Shown here piece by piece: positions 7,714-11,774 of a DNA stretch of 11,774 bases. The DNA comes from Candidatus Diapherotrites archaeon CG10_big_fil_rev_8_21_14_0_10_31_34. Its GTDB lineage: Archaea; Iainarchaeota; Iainarchaeia; Iainarchaeales; 1-14-0-10-31-34. The notes below the pieces were generated by a model. It was not told the DNA's origin and did no database searches. It worked only from the letters and a program-made list of their open reading frames with translations. The stretch is from contig PFAI01000036.1 of the NCBI GenBank assembly GCA_002763225.1, forward strand, positions 7,756 through 19,529, read 5' to 3'. Within the stretch, counting starts at the first letter, position 1; each line of letters opens with the position of its first letter. A program made the position numbers and the translations under genes.

Positions 7714-10445
7714 TTAATCCAGCCTCGGTATTCTATTACATAAAACTGTGTTTTTGGGGAAGAATAGCAGTGGATTGCATCCAGATTATTGTTTGGGCAT
7801 TCCCTTAAATTCCTGTCAGGATTTACTTCAACACAAATAATTCCCTGGCTTCCAATTGGCTCGTCAGAATAAAGAACTGTTGAGAAAAAACAGGTTTCGT
7901 CATTGCCTCCGCATAATTCCGGAATAATATGCTGGTTTGCCAGCAAAGTTCTTCCTGCTCCTGTACTGCAGACTGAATCATTTCCTAAATAAAAATTCAA
8001 GTCTGTTGTTCCTGTATTCAAGTCCCCTATATTTGATACATTTATATCCAAAAAAATATCTGTTTCAGACAAAATCTCTCCGCCAGTTATTTCAACCATA
8101 ATATCCCTTTTTTTGAAGGGAATCGGAACAGTAAATTCATTCCAGTCAACTACTTGAGTTACTCCGTTTACATCAACATAAGACAAAAAACTTCCTTGCC
8201 CGGGAAAAGTAATTGAATCTGTTTCACAGCCAAGGTTTGAATCGCATGGAACATTAATTGTATAACTTGCACTCCAAGGGGTTTCAGGAGTAATATTCCC
8301 TGAATTAAACACTAAATTCCCGTCAATCAAAACTGCATTTCCGTCATTTACAATAACTATATTACTTGGAACAACAATTGTTACATTTGAATCTGTTGCC
8401 TGAGCCTGAATTTTGTCTGCAATCAATTTATAGATATCCATTAAAGCGTTTGCATCTGAAGCAAAATAATAGTTTCCGTCAGCTGCATTAGCTATATTCT
8501 GCAATTCTGTTTCGCTTACATCCCCTCCAAATCCAATTGTATAAATTATTATTCCTTCTGCTGCAGCATCCTGTGCTGCACTCAATGAATTCCCTTCAGT
8601 TGACTGGCCGTCAGACAACACTACCTGAAATTTTATTGCATATTCATTTTCCCTTATTGAAGTTAATTCTGCTGTTGCTTCCCTTATCCCTGCTTCAATG
8701 TTTGTTCCGCCTCTAGGCATTATTGCATTTAAGTCATTCTTTAACTGCAGTTTGTTTGCGTCATCAAGTTTTTTCAGCTGTGAATCTAGTGTAGATGAAG
8801 TATTAAAGCTTGCTATTCCCATCTGGTCTGATGGCTTCCATTCATTAAAGTCAATAAAAGCATTTCCTGATGCATGAACTGCATCCATTTTTGTTCCTGA
8901 AGCTAACTCCAATACAATTAACCCATAATTGCTTGCAATAAACGCATAACCGTTTTGCACTCTAACATCATAATAAGTATAAGGAGTTTCATATTGCTTA
9001 ATCAAAAAAAGATTATCCACATCAGTTACATCAATTGCATAAAGCCCTCCGCTTCCAGAAGCAATATAAGCAGTGTTTCCAATAACATCAACTCCATAAG
9101 CGGTTCCTGCAGTATTATAGTTTCCTCTTGCAATGATATTGTTCGGAGTGCTTACATCAAAAATATCTAATCCGCGAGTATCATTTGCAACAAAAGCATA
9201 GTTTCCAACATTTTTCACATCATAAGCATTTCCCCCTAAATCAATTGAATCCTCGTTTGTAATATTGCTTGGGTTGCTTGCATTTAATACTCTAAAACCT
9301 GAACCTCCGTCTGCAACATACACATAAGTTCCATCAGCATCCAACCCTCTTGCAGTTCCAGGAGTATTATAATTATCTAAGTAGCTCATATTTGAAGGAT
9401 TGCTAATATTATATGAATCAACCCCTTTTGAACCATTTCCTGCAAAAGCATAATTTCCTGAAACAGTTATTCCATAAGAATAATTTCCAGATAAATCAAC
9501 TCTATCATCCTGGCTCAAGTCAGTTGGATCGCTGATATCAATGCTTCTTATTCCATAAGTATAGTCTGCCAGATAAGCTTCACTTCCATCAACAAAAACA
9601 TCAAATGCATAGCTAGTATCATACCTATCTAATAGAACAGGAACCAAAGGATTACTGATGTCAATGCTTCTTATTCCAGAAGAATAATCTGCAATAAAAG
9701 CATAATTTCCTGATAATTCTATTCCTCTTGCCCTAGTTGTTGAAACTCTTCCTCCCCAGCTCATTGAACCGCTTTTATCTACCACCATCATTATGTCTAC
9801 AGGCCTTCTGTAGCCAGGAGGAAAAGAAGCACTTAAATTAATTGTAATATTCTGGTCGCATTCAAGGAAATCATCGGGAACAGTGTTTACATTAAAAACA
9901 AAATTCAAATCTTCTTCTCCTGCAAAAAAAATTTCGTTTGGATTAAAAATAAATTGTTTTTCTGCTCCAAGCAAACTCAAAATATTTGAATCACATTCTG
10001 CTGGAGGCTGTTTTTTTACAATCAGTTTTTTTCCATAAAAAATTGTTTTATTTGTTGGGACAGGCGAACCAAAAGTAAATTCATTGAAATCTGATCCAAA
10101 ACAATCATCAAAAGTCTGGTTTAACCTGCATTTAGAATTATTTAAATCATATTGTTTTATGCTTATATTAATGTCAACATAGTCTGGGAAAAAAGCAATC
10201 AATTTATTGTAAATGTTTTCTGGCGAAGCAGAAATATTTGTGTCTGTCTGGGTAATCAAAAAACCGGTTTCTTCCATTGCATTAAACGCGTCATTTAATT
10301 CCTGCCCGATATTTTTTTCACTTTTTTCTTCAGCAAAAAACAAGCCTGACGCTATAAGAATTCCTGAAACAATTATTAATGCCAGAATTGCATCCAAGCT
10401 AAAAGTAAATCCTTTAGCTCCACAACGTATAAACCTGCAGTTCAA
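7710..10445 (-). CDS. Large pilin-like adhesin: class III signal + vWA domain with inserted LVIVD beta-propeller + CARDB-like domain
   Basis: AKG|FTFSLDAILALIIVSGILIA class III-type N-terminus; vWA MIDAS VDIMMVVDKSGSM, then GGTNI, VVLSDG and IYTIGFG; seven LVIVD-type repeats; CARDB-like INVSNIG...VEVNPDRNLRECPNNN. The ORF track starts at GTG 10457, but TTG at 10443-10445 lies 8 nt after an SD-like GGAAGTGA (10454-10461) and is preferred. Confidence 0.9.
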   Translation of the reverse strand: MNCRFIRCGAKGFTFSLDAILALIIVSGILIASGLFFAEEKSEKNIGQELNDAFNAMEETGFLITQTDTNISASPENIYNKLIAFFPDYVDINISIKQYDLNNSKCRLNQTFDDCFGSDFNEFTFGSPVPTNKTIFYGKKLIVKKQPPAECDSNILSLLGAEKQFIFNPNEIFFAGEEDLNFVFNVNTVPDDFLECDQNITINLSASFPPGYRRPVDIMMVVDKSGSMSWGGRVSTTRARGIELSGNYAFIADYSSGIRSIDISNPLVPVLLDRYDTSYAFDVFVDGSEAYLADYTYGIRSIDISDPTDLSQDDRVDLSGNYSYGITVSGNYAFAGNGSKGVDSYNISNPSNMSYLDNYNTPGTARGLDADGTYVYVADGGSGFRVLNASNPSNITNEDSIDLGGNAYDVKNVGNYAFVANDTRGLDIFDVSTPNNIIARGNYNTAGTAYGVDVIGNTAYIASGSGGLYAIDVTDVDNLFLIKQYETPYTYYDVRVQNGYAFIASNYGLIVLELASGTKMDAVHASGNAFIDFNEWKPSDQMGIASFNTSSTLDSQLKKLDDANKLQLKNDLNAIMPRGGTNIEAGIREATAELTSIRENEYAIKFQVVLSDGQSTEGNSLSAAQDAAAEGIIIYTIGFGGDVSETELQNIANAADGNYYFASDANALMDIYKLIADKIQAQATDSNVTIVVPSNIVIVNDGNAVLIDGNLVFNSGNITPETPWSASYTINVPCDSNLGCETDSITFPGQGSFLSYVDVNGVTQVVDWNEFTVPIPFKKRDIMVEITGGEILSETDIFLDINVSNIGDLNTGTTDLNFYLGNDSVCSTGAGRTLLANQHIIPELCGGNDETCFFSTVLYSDEPIGSQGIICVEVNPDRNLRECPNNNLDAIHCYSSPKTQFYVIEYRGWIK
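8895..9758 (-). repeat. Seven tandem LVIVD-type protein repeats (~41-43 aa each), predicted 7-bladed beta-propeller
   Basis: Units begin ARGIELSGNYAFIAD, AFDVFVDGSEAYLAD, SYGITVSGNYAFAGN, ARGLDADGTYVYVAD, AYDVKNVGNYAFVAN, AYGVDVIGNTAYIAS and YYDVRVQNGYAFIAS, each followed by a GlxxxDiSnP-like motif (degenerate in the last two). Confidence 0.9.
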
Positions 10446-10959
10446 TTTCAGCTTCACTTCCTTTATAGTTTACAATTCTTTTAGTGGAAAACAAATATTC
10501 CGGCTGGCTTGCCGGAGCCAATCCGACAGTAATGTAATCCACTCCATCCAAAATAAAAAAATAATCATATCCTTCTAAATTCAATAACTCTTTGCTTTTA
10601 TCATAAGTCATATTAGAAAAAGCAACTAATTTATCTTCATCTAATTGATTTCTTTTTATTAACCCGATTCTGTTTGCATCATTTTCATTTAATTCCTCCC
10701 AATTCAAAGGAAAACCCTGTGTTTCAGTTAATTCTTTTAAAGAAAAAAAAGATGAATGCTTTATTTCTGCTATTTCATTGTTTTTTGAGAAATCTTTTTC
10801 GTTTTTGTTTACTGCAGAAAAAACTGAAGCAATAATCAAGGTAAAAATAAAAAACCCCATAACCAAATCAATTAAACTTGACTGCCCACGCAAGCCGATT
10901 CCGTTCGGCTGTAACGGTGCACGGCTTTCAGCCGAGCTGTCTTGCCTAATAATTTTCAA
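10414..10959 (-). CDS. Pilin-like protein with class III signal peptide (putative minor pilin)
   Basis: RG|QSSLIDLVMGFFIFTLIIASVF, later LTETQGFPLNWE...RIGL and a C-terminal STKRIV...EIELQVYTLW. TTG 10959 has SD-like GGAGT 8 nt upstream (10968-10972); an alternative TTG at 10893 would give MRG|QSSLID. Confidence 0.85.
   Translation of the reverse strand: MKIIRQDSSAESRAPLQPNGIGLRGQSSLIDLVMGFFIFTLIIASVFSAVNKNEKDFSKNNEIAEIKHSSFFSLKELTETQGFPLNWEELNENDANRIGLIKRNQLDEDKLVAFSNMTYDKSKELLNLEGYDYFFILDGVDYITVGLAPASQPEYLFSTKRIVNYKGSEAEIELQVYTLWS
10885..10946. repeat. Short GC-rich multi-palindromic element
   Basis: 40 of 64 nt are G/C over 10883-10946. Four AGCCG/CGGCT motifs in both orientations: agccga 10893-10898, tcggctg 10905-10911, cggct 10922-10926, cagccga 10929-10935. 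Terminal inverted gcaag 10890-10894 / cttgc 10941-10945. Confidence 0.65.
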
Positions 10960-11302
10960 CTACAACAACTCCGTTCAAATCCTTTATTCTTATATTCCCT
11001 TTTACAATAAAAGATTCCTGCGCTATTCCATAATAATTGCAGGAAAATCCTTCTACATCAACCCAGCCTTGCCCTACAGTGAAATCTTTTTCTGAATAAA
11101 ATTCTATTGAAGTCTTTTTTCCTGAAGCATAAACTGAACTGATTACATCAGCTATTTCCCTGCATTCAGATTTGTTTTCAAGAATTTCTTCTAACACTTC
11201 AATATTTGAATTTTTTTCAAAAGAATACATTGCAATAAATACAAAAGCAAGAAGCAGCATTACTGCCCCGATAATTATTTCAATTGAAACTTGTCCCTTC
11301 AT
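10946..11302 (-). CDS. Archaeal type IV pilin (class III signal, QxSxE motif)
   Basis: 118 aa. MKG|QVSIEIIIGAVMLLLAFVFIAMY matches the [KR][GA]|QxSxE class III signal of DUF361/EppA-type pilins; amphipathic helix IADVISSVYASG followed by beta strands. Confidence 0.9.
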   Translation of the reverse strand: MKGQVSIEIIIGAVMLLLAFVFIAMYSFEKNSNIEVLEEILENKSECREIADVISSVYASGKKTSIEFYSEKDFTVGQGWVDVEGFSCNYYGIAQESFIVKGNIRIKDLNGVVVVENY

Positions 11303-11333
11303 TTAAACCCTTTTAAATTTTATTTAATTATTT

Positions 11334-11732
11334 TTAAATTTCAGTGAAAGTGACATTTGTGTCAGTTGATTTGACTGCAATAAAATGGCTTCCTTCTTCA
11401 GTGGAAAAAGTTGTTGGCTCTAAATTTGCTTTGCTTGATTCATATATTTCATAAGTATTAGCCGGTGAAGTTATTTCAATTACAACATCCTTTCCAAAAG
11501 CGTAAAAGCCTGTTACATCTGAAGGCAGTTCAACTTCAACTACAATAGTACTTCCATTTCTAGTACTGACTTCGTCTGCGGCATTAGCTAATTCTCTTGT
11601 TGCATAATAAGCTGAATTAAATCTGGTGTTTTCGTTTACAGTAATACTTGCAAAACCAAACATTACTCCTACAACCAAAAGAATTATTGCAGTTAAAGTC
11701 AAATACTCTATTGAAATCTGTGCTTTTCCCAA
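11334..11732 (-). CDS. Archaeal type IV pilin (class III signal, QxSxE motif)
   Basis: GKA|QISIEYLTLTAIILLVVGVMFGF, then LANAADEV...GSTIVVEVELP. The ORF track starts at GTG 11759, but TTG at 11730-11732 follows an SD-like GGAAGTGA (11737-11744) and gives a canonical short leader MGKA. Confidence 0.9.
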   Translation of the reverse strand: MGKAQISIEYLTLTAIILLVVGVMFGFASITVNENTRFNSAYYATRELANAADEVSTRNGSTIVVEVELPSDVTGFYAFGKDVVIEITSPANTYEIYESSKANLEPTTFSTEEGSHFIAVKSTDTNVTFTEI

Positions 11733-11774
11733 ACAATCACTTCCTCTAATTACAAACACTCTTTTGAAATATAA

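Noticed and set aside
8895..9758. CRISPR array or diversity-generating retroelement TR/VR pair suggested by direct repeats
   Set aside because: The repeats are in-frame protein repeats with codon-multiple spacing, the near-identical stretches are under 40 nt, and there is no reverse transcriptase or cas gene in the window.
25..10578. Plus-strand ORFs in the track (25-216, 1773-2045, 2361-2582, 2892-3128, 3998-4300, 5048-5326, 5497-5730, 6030-6299, 6746-7087, 7298-7486, 8955-9170, 10213-10578; likewise 10778-11095)
   Set aside because: All are antisense to well-supported genes. Most are Phe/Ser/Ile/Leu-rich, as expected from reverse-complemented Lys/Glu/Asn codons, and none has a recognisable motif.
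10885..10946. tRNA fragment, bulge-helix-bulge intron or intrinsic terminator
   Set aside because: No cloverleaf or T-loop consensus, I could not build a 3-4-3 BHB geometry from the stems, and no U-tract follows the hairpins on the coding strand.
11303..11333. Possible promoter in the 31-nt AT-rich gap (TTTAAAA)
   Set aside because: TATA-like words are expected by chance at this AT content, and this one lies too close to the ATG for typical archaeal spacing.
11745..11774. 3' end of an upstream gene (e.g. ...YISKECL-stop on the minus strand)
   Set aside because: Only about 30 nt are visible and more than one frame is possible, so it cannot be supported.

Overview
AT-rich (roughly 30% GC by eye) archaeal-type DNA carrying one co-directional minus-strand operon for a type IV pilus-like (Tad/EppA-type) surface system. 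In transcription order it encodes: three small prepilins with class III signal peptides; a ~910-aa pilin-like adhesin in which a 7-repeat LVIVD beta-propeller is inserted inside a vWA domain, followed by a CARDB-like domain; a further class III-like secreted protein; a membrane-anchored Cys-rich/FN3 protein; a Lys/Glu-rich cytoplasmic protein with a C-terminal winged-helix-like domain; a VirB11/CpaF-family assembly ATPase interrupted by a 168-aa mini-intein in its Asp box; and two TadC/GspF-family membrane platform proteins, the second truncated by the window edge and missing from the ORF track. No prepilin peptidase, RNA gene, CRISPR array or transposase is visible. A DPANN-like origin is plausible but only inferred. 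The most unusual observations are the nested adhesin architecture, the intein site, and a ~60-nt GC-rich multi-palindrome in the leader region of one prepilin gene.
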